From positions 1-64,000 of the IMG/VR virus record IMGVR_UViG_3300032334_000488: 64,000 nt of DNA; one strand, given 5' to 3'. The notes below the pieces were generated by a model, which was given only the letters and a program-made list of their open reading frames with translations, was not told the origin of the DNA and ran no database searches. A program made the position numbers and the translations under genes. Shown piece by piece: positions 1 through 10,778 of this stretch. Source of the stretch: a virus. Within the stretch, counting starts at the first letter, position 1. Each line of letters opens with the position of its first letter.

Positions 1-1
1 C

Positions 2-1144
2 AACAAGAGGGTCTGGGATTTTGTCCGTAAACATTACGGCGAGTACAGCGAAGTACCTACTGCTGTAACAGTTAAAGATCACTATCCAAATTACAAAGTC
101 TTAGATGTACAAGACAACATCGAGTATCTGCTTGACACCATGGTCGACTTCCGTCGTCGACTTCTTACTCGTCAAGGCCTTGAGAATGCAATCGAACAAC
201 TGCAAGACAATGATCACGATGCTGCGCTTCTTGCTATGGAAGCAACGATCACCAAGGTTAATGAGCAAGGTGTTCTTGGAACTCATGAGATCGACCTTAC
301 AAAGAACACAGAGGATCGCTACAAGGAGTACCAGTCTCTACAGAACTCAACCTTCTTAGGTATCCCTACAGGCTTTGCAAAGATTGATGAAGCAACTGCA
401 GGACTGCAGTCTGGTCAGTTAATTACGATCATCGCTCCACCTAAGACTGGTAAGTCACAGATCGCATTACAGATGGCGATCAATGTGCACAGAGGTGGAA
501 AGATTCCTATGTTCCAGTCTTTTGAAATGAACAACCACGAACAGCAACAACGTCATGATGCGATGCGTTCCCACATCTCACACGGACGTCTGCGTCGTGG
601 AAAGTTATTGCCAGCAGAAGAGGCTCGCTACATCGACACGCTCAACGAGATGGAGAAGGAGCACTCCTTCCACTTGGTAGATGCTGTTAATGGAATTACA
701 GTCTCATCACTTGCTGCAAAGATTGAGCAGACAAAACCAGACATCGTATTTGTAGATGGTGTGTACCTGATGCTTGATGAGGTAAGTGGTGAGATGAATA
801 CACCACAAGCAATTACTAACATCACTCGTGGTCTTAAGCGATTAGCGCAAAGAATTCAGAAGCCAGTAATCATTACCACACAGACTCTTCTATGGAAGAT
901 GCGTGCTGGAAAAGTAACTGCTGACTCAATCGGTTACTCATCATCATTCTTCCAGGACTCAGATGTAATCCTTGGCCTAGAGCCAGTAGAAGAAGATGAA
1001 GAGATTCGTTTACTCAAGATTGTTGCATCCCGTAACTGTGGGCCTAGTGAGACAGCGTTGACATGGCGCTGGGAGACTGGCTGCTTCCATGATGAAGATG
1101 AGATGCTGAAGTGTCAGTACTGTTCGAACTGGAACCGCATGTGA
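2..1144 (+). CDS. dnaB: DnaB-like replicative helicase (5' truncated by window)
   Basis: Frame open from base 2; GIPTGF, Walker A APPKTGKS, Walker B VFVDG, SF4-type FQDSDVILGL and SRN motifs. Confidence 0.92.
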   Translation, partial: NKRVWDFVRKHYGEYSEVPTAVTVKDHYPNYKVLDVQDNIEYLLDTMVDFRRRLLTRQGLENAIEQLQDNDHDAALLAMEATITKVNEQGVLGTHEIDLTKNTEDRYKEYQSLQNSTFLGIPTGFAKIDEATAGLQSGQLITIIAPPKTGKSQIALQMAINVHRGGKIPMFQSFEMNNHEQQQRHDAMRSHISHGRLRRGKLLPAEEARYIDTLNEMEKEHSFHLVDAVNGITVSSLAAKIEQTKPDIVFVDGVYLMLDEVSGEMNTPQAITNITRGLKRLAQRIQKPVIITTQTLLWKMRAGKVTADSIGYSSSFFQDSDVILGLEPVEEDEEIRLLKIVASRNCGPSETALTWRWETGCFHDEDEMLKCQYCSNWNRM

Positions 1145-2076
1145 TTGACGTAGAGCGTGTTCTCCTTTCCTTAGACCTTCCGCTGTATGCACAGCGAGGT
1201 ATCGAGGTTAATGGCTTGTGTCCGATGCACAAGAAGCGCACAGGTAAAGAAGACCACAACCCATCTTGGTGGATCAACTCCGAGACTGGCGCACACATCT
1301 GTTTCTCTTGTGGGTACAAAGGAAATGTTTACACACTCGTTGCGGACATCAAGGGCATCGATTACCACGAGGCTCGTGAGTATGTAAACGACAAAGAAGA
1401 CATGCCGATTGATGCATTGATGAAACGCATTAAGGAATTGCCAGAGTACATTCAAGCCGAAGCACATCCGATTGGTATGTCAGAGGCTCGGTTGGCTGTG
1501 TACACAACCCCACCAGCGATTGAGTTAAAGAAAAGATTCCTAACACAAGAAGCAGTAGAGACTTGCGGAGTGTTGTGGGATGAGAAGAACACTGCATGGA
1601 TACTTCCTATCAGAGACCCCGATGACTTTTCATTATGGGGTTGGCAAGAGAAGGGTGCTCGTGGTCGTTTCTTTCGCAATCAACCTCAAGGAGTTAAGAA
1701 GTCAAAGACAGTTTTCAATGTGCAGATACTGAAAGAAGATGCGCCGTTAATTGTTGTTGAGTCCCCACTCGATGCGGTCAGACTAGTCGGACTTGGTTAC
1801 AGTGCGATCTCTACATACGGTGCGATGCCTAGTGTGGATCAAGTAAAGATTATGCGACGTGCACCTAAGGTGATCGCTGCATTTGACAACGATGGTGCTG
1901 GACAGAAGGCATCAGAAGAGATGCGTGGTCATGCTCGCAAGTACGGCATTGAACTCTCATACTTCAACTACACAGGTATTGATGTGAAGGATGTTGGCGA
2001 TATGATTGAGAGCGACATTCACAAGAGTATCGATACAGCACGAGACATGATCTATGGCAAGGCGGCATACCTATGA
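1141..2076 (+). CDS. DNA primase (zinc finger + TOPRIM)
   Basis: CPMH...CFSCG zinc finger; VVESPLDA and AFDNDGAG TOPRIM motifs; KDVGD; GTG start overlapping helicase stop chosen. Confidence 0.9.
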   Translation: MIDVERVLLSLDLPLYAQRGIEVNGLCPMHKKRTGKEDHNPSWWINSETGAHICFSCGYKGNVYTLVADIKGIDYHEAREYVNDKEDMPIDALMKRIKELPEYIQAEAHPIGMSEARLAVYTTPPAIELKKRFLTQEAVETCGVLWDEKNTAWILPIRDPDDFSLWGWQEKGARGRFFRNQPQGVKKSKTVFNVQILKEDAPLIVVESPLDAVRLVGLGYSAISTYGAMPSVDQVKIMRRAPKVIAAFDNDGAGQKASEEMRGHARKYGIELSYFNYTGIDVKDVGDMIESDIHKSIDTARDMIYGKAAYL

Positions 2077-2240
2077 TGGACTTACGAGATAAAGATCGCC
2101 CCTTACACGTGTGTATATGTGGATCAACTTTGTGGAACGTAAAGTGCATGTTTGAGGACGGTGAAATTTCCCTGTATATGCTAGATATGGAATGTGCTCT
2201 GTGTGAAAGCAAAGCCACAGCACCTACCCCGATAGACTAA
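2073..2240 (+). CDS. small Cys-rich hypothetical protein (55 aa, not in ORF track)
   Basis: MMDLRDKDRPLHVCICGS...ECALC; overlaps both neighbours. Confidence 0.65.
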   Translation: MMDLRDKDRPLHVCICGSTLWNVKCMFEDGEISLYMLDMECALCESKATAPTPID

Positions 2241-3796
2241 TGACATTTACAGGAACCCTTAAGCCCTACCAGGTAGAGGCTGTAGAACGCATGGTAGAGC
2301 GCAAGAAGATGCTTGTAGCCTATGAGATGGGTCTGGGTAAGACCTGCATGACTATCGCCTCTGTAGAGGGTTTAAAAGACAACGGTGTAATTACAAAGCC
2401 AGTATTAGTTATTGCCCTATCTAGCCTCAAGTACCAATGGCAGAAGGAGATCCAGAAGTTCTCTGACTCCACGACAACCGTGGTAGATGGCTCTAAAGCA
2501 GTTCGTACAAAACGCTGGGAAGAATGTACAGATTATGTCATCTGTAACTACGAGACTGTGGTGGGTGACTGGGATCTGATCAAGGACAAAGATTGGGGAG
2601 CCATAGTCTGTGATGAGGCCACAGCAATCAAGGGCTTTAAGTCAAAGCGTTCTAAGGCTGTCAAGAAGTTAGCAAGTAGCGTACCGATTAGATTTGCATT
2701 GACTGGAACACCTATTGAGAACGGCAGACCAGAAGAGGTGTACAGCATCATGCAGTTTGTAGACCCAACACTGCTTGGTCGCTTTGACTTATTTGATCAG
2801 ACGTTTATTGTTCGCAATCACTTTGGTGGAGTGCAGCGGTATCGCAACCTACCGTTGTTCCACGAGAAGATGAAGAGTTCCTCCGTTCGAAAGGTTCAGA
2901 CAGATGCAGACGTTGCTCCATATCTTCCAGACACTATTCATCGTGACCCTATGTTTATCTCCTTTGATAAGAAGACTTCTTCGCTCTATAACTTCATAGC
3001 AGATGAACTAAGTAACGAACTCTTTGAAGCACAGCAGTTGCTTGGTGCTAACTTCTCACTGCTTGCTCACTACGGACATGACAGCAAACCAGGAAGTCCA
3101 GCAGATCAGTTGCGAGGATCGATCATGTCTAAGATCACCGCTCTTCGTATGCTGTGTGATGACCCAAACCTATTACATAAGAGCGCAGACAAATTTGATG
3201 AGCATCTTGGAGAAGGCAGTGCTTATGTCAACAGCCTCAAGACAAGAGACTTATTAGAAGGAGTTACAAAGACTCCCAAGTTAGATGCTCTTAAGGCTTA
3301 TGTAAAGGATCACCTAGATACTGATCCAGAGGCAAAGGTAGTTATCTTTACATCGTGGGTAGGGATGTTAGAGAGTATCCAAGAAGCAGTAGGTGGAACT
3401 TTGTACACGGGATACATGAACGCTAAAGAGAAAGAAGCAAGCAAGACAAAGTTTCTTACTGACCCAGAGTGTCGAGTCTTTATTTCATCAGATGCTGGTG
3501 GGTATGGTGTAGATCTACCTATCGCTAATCTACTGGTCAACTACGATTTGCCCTGGAGTGCAGGACTTGCCGTCCAACGCAATGGACGCATCAAGAGAGC
3601 CTCTAGCCGTTGGCCTAGTATCACTATTCAAGACATGTTGATTGCCGATTCGATAGAAGAACGTCAGCATGATATGCTCCAGCAGAAGAACGCTGTAGCA
3701 GATGCGGTTATCGATGGGCAGGGCATTAACGCTAAGGGCGGCGTCGATTTAACTGTTGGAAGTCTGATAGGGTTCTTACAGAAAGCAAGACCATAG
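2240..3796 (+). CDS. SNF2-family helicase
   Basis: EMGLGKT, DEAT, LTGTPIEN, AGGYGVDL, QRNGRIKR motifs. Confidence 0.92.
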   Translation: MTFTGTLKPYQVEAVERMVERKKMLVAYEMGLGKTCMTIASVEGLKDNGVITKPVLVIALSSLKYQWQKEIQKFSDSTTTVVDGSKAVRTKRWEECTDYVICNYETVVGDWDLIKDKDWGAIVCDEATAIKGFKSKRSKAVKKLASSVPIRFALTGTPIENGRPEEVYSIMQFVDPTLLGRFDLFDQTFIVRNHFGGVQRYRNLPLFHEKMKSSSVRKVQTDADVAPYLPDTIHRDPMFISFDKKTSSLYNFIADELSNELFEAQQLLGANFSLLAHYGHDSKPGSPADQLRGSIMSKITALRMLCDDPNLLHKSADKFDEHLGEGSAYVNSLKTRDLLEGVTKTPKLDALKAYVKDHLDTDPEAKVVIFTSWVGMLESIQEAVGGTLYTGYMNAKEKEASKTKFLTDPECRVFISSDAGGYGVDLPIANLLVNYDLPWSAGLAVQRNGRIKRASSRWPSITIQDMLIADSIEERQHDMLQQKNAVADAVIDGQGINAKGGVDLTVGSLIGFLQKARP

Positions 3797-3804
3797 GGGG
3801 AAAC

Positions 3805-4239
3805 ATGGCAAGAGTAAAAGCAACAGAATCACGAGAAGAAGATCCGTTGATTAAAGATGCGAGAGAGTATTCTTTCTTAAAGCAACAGATTGATTTCCTT
3901 GAAAAACAACAGAAGGAAGTTCGTGAGCGGTTGTTTGCTCAATTAGATGAACTTGGCGAACTTGATGACAAAGGTAATATCATTATCGAATTACCTGAAG
4001 AGGTAAATGGATTTGGTGCTGTTGTAAAGCAGCGCCGTGTATCACGCAAGATTGATGAACTTGTTGCAGATGAAATCATTACTGAAAAAGGAATGGAAGA
4101 TCAACTGTACAAAACAATTCGTGTTGTAGATGAAGATGCATTAATGGCTGCTCTCTACAACGACGAACTAACAGAGGCAGAAATTGATTTAATGTACCCA
4201 CAGAAAGTTGTGTGGGCGTTAGTGATGAATAAGAGATAA
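3805..4239 (+). CDS. hypothetical protein (coiled coil)
   Basis: 144 aa ORF with SD in replication operon. Confidence 0.7.
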   Translation: MARVKATESREEDPLIKDAREYSFLKQQIDFLEKQQKEVRERLFAQLDELGELDDKGNIIIELPEEVNGFGAVVKQRRVSRKIDELVADEIITEKGMEDQLYKTIRVVDEDALMAALYNDELTEAEIDLMYPQKVVWALVMNKR

Positions 4240-4385
4240 TGATGAGTACATATACTTTTGAGTGTGGTGGTTGTGATGGAAACACAACTATGGTTATTAC
4301 AACTCCTTTAGATTTAAAAAACATGGAGAAACGTCCTACATGTCCATGTGGTTCTAGTATTCCAATGGTTTTAGTAGAGGGATAA
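4239..4385 (+). CDS. small zinc-ribbon protein (48 aa)
   Basis: YTFECGGC...TCPCGS; fills gap between neighbours. Confidence 0.55.
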   Translation: MMSTYTFECGGCDGNTTMVITTPLDLKNMEKRPTCPCGSSIPMVLVEG

Positions 4386-4386
4386 C

Positions 4387-4863
4387 ATGGCAGGCTTACG
4401 TGGACAAGATGAGATCGAGGCAGCATTTGCTGACCTTGAGTACATCCCTGGTTCAAAGAAAAAGCGCCGTGATTTAGATCCAAAAGTTTCTCGTCGTAAA
4501 AGCGGTGAGAGTAATGGGTGGGATGCAAATCCTGTCATTAAAACATTAGGTGGAGTAGAGACAGAGGTCTTCACAATCGGTGCACTAGCACTTGCATTGG
4601 AGAAAACGATTGTCACTATTCGCTTATGGGAACGCAAGGGATACATCCCTCGTGCTCCGTATCGTCTACGGTCTAAGACACTCAAAGGTGAGAAGACTGG
4701 CGGTAACCGAGTTTACACTCGTGCACTGATAGAATCCTCAATAGAGGAATTCAACCGTAGAGGATTACTCGGTTCTGCTCGTGTAGAGTGGAGCCAACAC
4801 GAAGACTTGACAGAGGCTTTAGTAAAGCGCTGGAAAGAAATCACATCCACCGAGAGCCGTTAG
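4387..4863 (+). CDS. MerR-like HTH DNA-binding protein
   Basis: FTIGALALALEKTIVTIRLWERKGYIP...GNRVYT. Confidence 0.8.
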   Translation: MAGLRGQDEIEAAFADLEYIPGSKKKRRDLDPKVSRRKSGESNGWDANPVIKTLGGVETEVFTIGALALALEKTIVTIRLWERKGYIPRAPYRLRSKTLKGEKTGGNRVYTRALIESSIEEFNRRGLLGSARVEWSQHEDLTEALVKRWKEITSTESR

Positions 4864-4886
4864 GCCTCATTACCAGAAAGAAACAA

Positions 4887-5534
4887 ATGCCAATTACAAA
4901 ACCACAGGTAGATGCAGATGCATACCTCGACGAGGATAGCGAAACTGCAACTCCAAAAGTAGGAACAACTGTTCAACAAGGATGGGATGCAATCGATGCT
5001 CTCGTCACAAAAGCAGATGGAGACTTTCCAACTGACTTCCGATTCTCCGAAGAACCACAACTTGTAAAGTTCCTCGAAGATCGTCCATTTGCTTCATACG
5101 AACAACACTGGATCGAACGCCCTAAGGGTAAGAAGTCCTTTGTTTGCTTGGGCGACAACTGCCCACTATGCGATGTACTAGGTGATAAGCCTCGTGGAAA
5201 GTTCGCATTCAATGTTCTTGTTCTCAGTGGTGAGACACAAGGCGTACAAATTCTTACAGCACCACCATCACTTGCTCGCCAGATTAAGAAGGCGCATGAT
5301 GATGAGCGCAAGGGACCTCTTGACAAAGAGTTCTGGGAAATTTCTCGACTAGGTATGGGCCCAACTACGCAGTACACCCTCAACTTCGTTCGTGGCCGTG
5401 ATCTAGCAGAGGAATGGAAGTTAAGCAGTGACGCTGTTAATGAACTTGTAGCAGCCGCTGTTCCGTTCACAGCAGAAGTAATTAGGGAGACCCCTCGCTC
5501 CGAAATGCTTGAGGTTGCTCGCTCTGTAGCGTAA
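4887..5534 (+). CDS. probable single-stranded DNA-binding protein
   Basis: HW...FVCLGDNCPLCD zinc motif as in gp32-like SSBs; precedes DNA polymerase. Confidence 0.6.
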   Translation: MPITKPQVDADAYLDEDSETATPKVGTTVQQGWDAIDALVTKADGDFPTDFRFSEEPQLVKFLEDRPFASYEQHWIERPKGKKSFVCLGDNCPLCDVLGDKPRGKFAFNVLVLSGETQGVQILTAPPSLARQIKKAHDDERKGPLDKEFWEISRLGMGPTTQYTLNFVRGRDLAEEWKLSSDAVNELVAAAVPFTAEVIRETPRSEMLEVARSVA

Positions 5535-5546
5535 CTGTACTTCCAA

Positions 5547-5586
5547 GAGAAGGGGCCTGTTTACTTCCGTTTCCAGGCCTCTTCTC
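5547..5586 (+). terminator. intergenic stem-loop
   Basis: gagaaggggcctg / caggcctcttctc inverted repeat; no strong U-tract. Confidence 0.45.
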
Positions 5587-5605
5587 ACTAAACGATTGAG
5601 GGATC

Positions 5606-7612
5606 ATGAATATCATTACAACCAAAGAACAATTAAAAGAACTTGTTGAGTTTTACTCCAAGGTAGATGCATTTGCATTTGATTGCGAAACAGTTGGAGA
5701 GAATAGAATACAACCTGTAGTCAACGATGTTATGTGGATTTCATTAGCGACAGAAGGTCGCACTGATGTTATACCGATGGGTCACCCTAATGGTGAATTC
5801 CTTCGATGGGATAAAGAGTTACTACTTAGTGGTCAACGCAAACTTGCTGCAGGTAAAGAGTTAAAAGATGCGGACTACTCAAAGAACGAAGCCAAGTGGA
5901 CTCCAGTATTTGATGCACCACCAGCACAGTTACTTCCTGGAGATGTGTTCAAAGCATTAAAGCCTTTGTTCTTCAGTGATAAATTAAAGATTGGTCACAA
6001 CGTAAAGTTTGACCTTAAGTCAATCGCTAAGTACTACCGTGGAGAAGTTCCTAAGAAGCCTTTCTTTGACACGATGATGGCTTCATTCATCATCGATAAC
6101 CGTAACAAGAACATGCTAGGACTTGCTGCCTGTGCAGAACGAACACTAAAGATTAAAGTTGAAAAAGGTATTGGAGCAATGGTGGAGGTTCACTCCTTCA
6201 GCGATGTTGCTTACTACTCAGGCTTTGACTCAGAGGTAACTTGGAAGTTGTACAAGGCTTTAGAGCCAAAGTTAGAAGGAAGTCTTAAGCGTGTGTGGGC
6301 ATTGGAGATGGATGTTGTTGCAGCCCTATGCGACATGGAACTTGCTGGAGCAAACATTGATGTAGAAGAACTTACTCTGTTGAAGGCACGACTTGAGAAA
6401 GACATTGATCTTGCACGAGCAAAGGCTTGGAAGTTAACTGGCAAACCATTCTCTATGAACTCTGTTAAAGAGAAACAAGAGTTATTGTTCTCACCTAAAG
6501 AAGAGGGTGGTCGAGGTATTCGTCCTAACCTTCGTATCCGTATTGCTCTGACTACAAAAGGCCAAGAGGTTGCTGCTAGTAACCCAGAGGCATTAAACAT
6601 TCGGCACTACTCAGTGTCTTCTGATGCGTTGGAGTTTTACCGCAAGAAAGATGAACTTGTAGATGCAATCTTGGAGTACCAAGACCTCAACAAATTAATG
6701 ACAACCTATGTGATGCCCTACCTTGGCGGAGAAATTACTCGCACAACAATGGGCAAGGAAAAGATTGTCGATAAGAAGAGCCTGATGATTAACGGCAAAG
6801 TACATACAAACTTCAAAGCCCATGGAGCAGAGACAGGTCGTTTCTCCAGTAGTGACCCTAACTTACAGAACATACCTAGTAGTGGGGAGTATGGAAAATT
6901 AATTCGTAACCTATTTGTTGCTCCACCAGGTCATAAGTTAGTAGTAGCAGATTATTCTCAGATTGAACCACGCATTATTGCTGCTTTTTCTGGTGATCCT
7001 ATTCTTATGAAAAACTATCTTGATGGAGGAGACATCTACACCACCATTGGTAACACTATGGGTGTAGACCGTAAAGCAGGTAAGGTCTTGGTACTTGCAA
7101 TTTCTTACGGTGTTGGACCAGAAAAAATTGCACAAAGTATTGGCTGTTCTGTAACTGATGCTAAAGATTTGCTTGCTCGTTTTGAGGCCCAGTTCAGTGA
7201 CATCGCTAAATACAAAGCAAAGGTAATACGACAGGCAACTGGCAGAGCCCCTATACCATATGTAGAAACCATCTTTGGCCGTCGTCGTTATATCCCAGAG
7301 TTAAAGAGTCAAGACAGAGGGTTAAAATCACGAGCAGATCGTCAGGCATTTAATACAGTAATTCAAGGATCTGCGGCAGATTTAATGAAATTAGCGATTG
7401 TTAGAGCACATTCTTGTTTTACTGATGAACCAGATGTGAATGTCGTTTTGACTATCCATGATGAATTAGTTACCGTTGCTCGTGAAGATCTAGCAGAAGA
7501 GACAGCCGAAGCAATTCGGGAATCTATGGAAGGTATTCACCTACCAGAGATTACAGTTCCTCTTATTGCAGAAGCAAAGATCGTAGACAAATGGGGAGAT
7601 GGAAAAGACTAA
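5606..7612 (+). CDS. polA: family A DNA polymerase with 3'-5' exonuclease
   Basis: FDCET, GHNVKFD, TGRFSSSDPNLQNIP, ADYSQIEPR, QGSAAD, IHDEL. Confidence 0.96.
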   Translation: MNIITTKEQLKELVEFYSKVDAFAFDCETVGENRIQPVVNDVMWISLATEGRTDVIPMGHPNGEFLRWDKELLLSGQRKLAAGKELKDADYSKNEAKWTPVFDAPPAQLLPGDVFKALKPLFFSDKLKIGHNVKFDLKSIAKYYRGEVPKKPFFDTMMASFIIDNRNKNMLGLAACAERTLKIKVEKGIGAMVEVHSFSDVAYYSGFDSEVTWKLYKALEPKLEGSLKRVWALEMDVVAALCDMELAGANIDVEELTLLKARLEKDIDLARAKAWKLTGKPFSMNSVKEKQELLFSPKEEGGRGIRPNLRIRIALTTKGQEVAASNPEALNIRHYSVSSDALEFYRKKDELVDAILEYQDLNKLMTTYVMPYLGGEITRTTMGKEKIVDKKSLMINGKVHTNFKAHGAETGRFSSSDPNLQNIPSSGEYGKLIRNLFVAPPGHKLVVADYSQIEPRIIAAFSGDPILMKNYLDGGDIYTTIGNTMGVDRKAGKVLVLAISYGVGPEKIAQSIGCSVTDAKDLLARFEAQFSDIAKYKAKVIRQATGRAPIPYVETIFGRRRYIPELKSQDRGLKSRADRQAFNTVIQGSAADLMKLAIVRAHSCFTDEPDVNVVLTIHDELVTVAREDLAEETAEAIRESMEGIHLPEITVPLIAEAKIVDKWGDGKD

Positions 7613-8007
7613 TGAGTAATGCAGACTGGTGGTCTAGGCAGTTAGGTGCACAACCACAAGCACCACAGCAACAAGTTCCTGTAGCAGCACCTCGTCAAGT
7701 AAATAATCCCATGCCACCCTCGCAACAACCGATGGCTCAATTCCAACCTGTGCAACCACAGCAACCTGCATCACGAGCACAGAGTGCATCACAGACTGCA
7801 TCGTGCCCAGAGTGTGGTGGAACAAACTACATGTCAGTTCAAAACGCTGCACCTCGTTGCTATGACTGTGGTTATCCGATTAGTCAATCAGGAAGTCGTT
7901 ATGGAGCGTTGACTGGTGCAAAGGTTGAAGGTAGTGCCAAGAGTGCTATCGGTAATGATGTTCAAAGTAATTGGAACCCACAAGGAATTATCGGGAGAGT
8001 AGACTAA
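7612..8007 (+). CDS. Q/P-rich zinc-ribbon hypothetical protein
   Basis: CPECGG...RCYDCG. Confidence 0.7.
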   Translation: MSNADWWSRQLGAQPQAPQQQVPVAAPRQVNNPMPPSQQPMAQFQPVQPQQPASRAQSASQTASCPECGGTNYMSVQNAAPRCYDCGYPISQSGSRYGALTGAKVEGSAKSAIGNDVQSNWNPQGIIGRVD

Positions 8008-9054
8008 ATGAATGATGAAGCCCGCAAGATTGTTGCAACCCTTAACAAGAAGTTTGGCAACAATGTGGTGGTTATTGCGTCTGACATTCGGTCTGACCTT
8101 ATTCCTCGTATTACAAGTGGTTCTACTACCCTCGACTATGTTCTTGGCGGTGGCTTCCCTGGTAATCAATGGAACGAACTCATTGGTGAACCGTCTCATG
8201 GTAAGACGGCAGTTGCGCTCAAAACAATCGCAGCAAACCAAGCGCTAAAAGAAGACCACACAACAGTCTGGGTTGCTGCAGAGCAATGGGTTCCAGAATA
8301 CGCAGAGATGTGCGGAGTGGACACCAGCAAAGTAATTGTTATTGAAACAAACATTATGGAAGAGGCTTACCAAGCCGTTATAGAGTTCGCAGAATCAAAG
8401 TCAGTGGATGCTATTGTCATTGACTCCCTTCCTGCCCTTTCACCTGCCCCCGAAATGGAGAAAGACATGAATGAGATGACTGTTGGAAGGGGAGCACTCC
8501 TAACCAATAAGTTCTTTCGTGTAGTTGGTTCTGCAATCAAGCGCAGTCTGGTTGAAGATGAACGTCCAGTGCTCGGTCTCATTATCAACCAGTACCGCAT
8601 GAAGATTGGTGTAATGCATGGAGATCCTCGCACCACTCCTGGTGGAGAAGGAAAGAACTATGCATTCTTTACTCGTTGCGAGATTCGCAGAGATGAGTGG
8701 ATTGAGGTTGGACCTAGCGGTAACAAGAACCGTGTTGGTCAACGCATCAAAGTTCGCACACTAAAGAACAAGACTGCACCCCCACAGCGTGTTGCATACT
8801 TCGACTTCTACTTTGCAGAAGGCGGAGATTGTGCAGCAGGTGAGTATGACTTTGCAAAAGAAGTTGCATCACTTGCAGTAGTCAAGGAGATCATTCAACG
8901 TAAGGGCGGATGGTATTACTTTGGCGAAAGAAAATGGCAAGGTATTGATCCAGTAATTGCAAGTATTCGTGAAGAAGTTGATTTAAAAGAACAGATTCAA
9001 AAGTTAGTATTTGAAACATCGGATCTACCAATGGCGGAGGACAGTGATGACTAA
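8008..9054 (+). CDS. recA: RecA/UvsX-like recombinase
   Basis: SGSTTLDYVLGGGFP, GEPSHGKT, IVIDS, INQYRMKIGVMHGDPRTTPGG, KNKTAPP. Confidence 0.95.
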   Translation: MNDEARKIVATLNKKFGNNVVVIASDIRSDLIPRITSGSTTLDYVLGGGFPGNQWNELIGEPSHGKTAVALKTIAANQALKEDHTTVWVAAEQWVPEYAEMCGVDTSKVIVIETNIMEEAYQAVIEFAESKSVDAIVIDSLPALSPAPEMEKDMNEMTVGRGALLTNKFFRVVGSAIKRSLVEDERPVLGLIINQYRMKIGVMHGDPRTTPGGEGKNYAFFTRCEIRRDEWIEVGPSGNKNRVGQRIKVRTLKNKTAPPQRVAYFDFYFAEGGDCAAGEYDFAKEVASLAVVKEIIQRKGGWYYFGERKWQGIDPVIASIREEVDLKEQIQKLVFETSDLPMAEDSDD

Positions 9055-9289
9055 AAAATTTGTAGTAAATGACGAAGAGTGGGCACAGGTAGTAGAGAAG
9101 GGCGTGGAAGATTACACTGACATGCTCTTTGAAGCAGTCTGGGATGGTACTGAGGATGTAATTCCTGAGACTCTTTCAGGAGAACCATTCTGTGGTTGCA
9201 GCACTTGTTTTTGGAGAGAGGCATTGTTTTTCCTTGTACCACGATTGATTGAGGGTTACGAGGAAGGCAAAATAGAACTTGAAGACTGA
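9047..9289 (+). CDS. hypothetical protein
   Basis: acidic ORF with CGCSTC. Confidence 0.6.
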   Translation: MTKKFVVNDEEWAQVVEKGVEDYTDMLFEAVWDGTEDVIPETLSGEPFCGCSTCFWREALFFLVPRLIEGYEEGKIELED

Positions 9290-9605
9290 AGGTCAGAAGC
9301 AATCCCAGAAGCATGAAAAGAGACTCGCTAAGAAAGTTGGTGGGTCTACTAACGCTGCCTCTGGAGCCTTCTGGTCTCGTAAGGGTGATGTACGTTCAAC
9401 CGATCTATTGATTGAACACAAGTGGACAGGTAAGAAAACTAAAACCATTAAATCAGACGAACTAAAGAAGATAACTACCGAAGCAATTCTTGATGGACGA
9501 ATGCCAGTGTTTGGTCTTCATCTTGATGGGGTTAACTACGTGATACTTCTTGAAGACGACTTTCTAGAGATGAGAGAGAACCTAGACAACCATGGAAGAC
9601 TTTGA
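9279..9605 (+). CDS. PD-(D/E)XK Holliday-junction-resolvase-like nuclease
   Basis: E...SGA...KGDV...IEHK pattern. Confidence 0.7.
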   Translation: MKTEGQKQSQKHEKRLAKKVGGSTNAASGAFWSRKGDVRSTDLLIEHKWTGKKTKTIKSDELKKITTEAILDGRMPVFGLHLDGVNYVILLEDDFLEMRENLDNHGRL

Positions 9606-9933
9606 TGAGCCAGAATACTCATGGCGATACAAAGCACGATGCTCAGGCCAAGACACGGATATCTTCTACCCACCTCGTGACAAAGAACAGTATAAAGAAA
9701 TTGCTAGTAGGGCAAAGACATTCTGTTTTGGTGAAACAGGAAAGAACCCTTGTCCAGTACGAGCAGAGTGTCTATGGGATGCCGTCAGACGAGACGAACC
9801 TCATGGAATTTGGGGAGGACTCAGCCACCGAGAAAGAAACGCCCTCATGCGAAAGTGGCAAAAACTAAAGAAAACTAAGAAGACACAACACACCCTAGAA
9901 GAGTTTATTTTCAGCATAGACAAGGACTACTAA
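9592..9933 (+). CDS. whiB: WhiB-family Fe-S transcription factor
   Basis: W...C...FYP...AK..C...CPV..EC...GIWGG. Confidence 0.9.
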   Translation: MEDFDEPEYSWRYKARCSGQDTDIFYPPRDKEQYKEIASRAKTFCFGETGKNPCPVRAECLWDAVRRDEPHGIWGGLSHRERNALMRKWQKLKKTKKTQHTLEEFIFSIDKDY

Positions 9934-10778
9934 TGCCTTCCAAGACAGACTTCCAGAAGTATCTAGATACTAAGAAAATAGACAGCCGTCTTACTGGTCA
10001 CATTGAACGTCACCTTATGAAGAAGGCACCAGGAGATCGAAGCACAACAGTGCTTCACCCTTCTGAAATGATTAAGGCTGACTTCTGTCATCGTTATTCT
10101 TACTACCTACTTACTGGTGGAAAGAAGATGGAGAAGAACCCAGGACTTACATTGCAGAACATTTTTGATGAAGGTCACTTTATCCATGAGAAGTGGCAGA
10201 ACCGCATCTATGAGATGGGCAACCTGTGGGGAGACTTTAAGTGTATTAACTGCAAGAAGATTACCTCTGGTCTATCACCTGCAGAGTGCGAGCATTGCAA
10301 GTGCACCACATTGCGCTATGACGAAGTCAAGATGTTAGACCCAGAGTTACGCATTGCTGGTCATACAGATGGTTGGGTAAAGAACTTGGGTGATGACTTC
10401 TTGATTGAGATTAAGTCAATCGGTGAAGGCACACTCCGCTTTGAAGCACCTGACCTTCTCTACGATGCAGATGGTGATTTGAATAAAGCATGGAAGAATA
10501 TTCGTCGCCCATTCAGAGGTCACCTCTTGCAGGGACAGATGTATTTGGAGTTAGCACGCCGTATGTTTGGCGATGCAGCACCAAAAGAGATCGTGTTCTT
10601 GTACGAGTTAAAATCAAACCAAGCGTACAAAGAGTTTACGATCAAGGCTGACTACGAAGTTGTAGATAGAATCTTCTTCAAAGCAGAGAAGATCATCAAG
10701 GCAGTTGAGGCTGGAGTAATGCCTCCATGTAACGTGAGTGAAGAGGGTTGCAAGCAGTGCAACCAGATTGAGGACTAA
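9933..10778 (+). CDS. Cas4-like PD-(D/E)XK exonuclease
   Basis: HPS...C, GHTDG, EIKS, QGQMY, C-terminal C...CKQC. Confidence 0.8.
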   Translation: MPSKTDFQKYLDTKKIDSRLTGHIERHLMKKAPGDRSTTVLHPSEMIKADFCHRYSYYLLTGGKKMEKNPGLTLQNIFDEGHFIHEKWQNRIYEMGNLWGDFKCINCKKITSGLSPAECEHCKCTTLRYDEVKMLDPELRIAGHTDGWVKNLGDDFLIEIKSIGEGTLRFEAPDLLYDADGDLNKAWKNIRRPFRGHLLQGQMYLELARRMFGDAAPKEIVFLYELKSNQAYKEFTIKADYEVVDRIFFKAEKIIKAVEAGVMPPCNVSEEGCKQCNQIED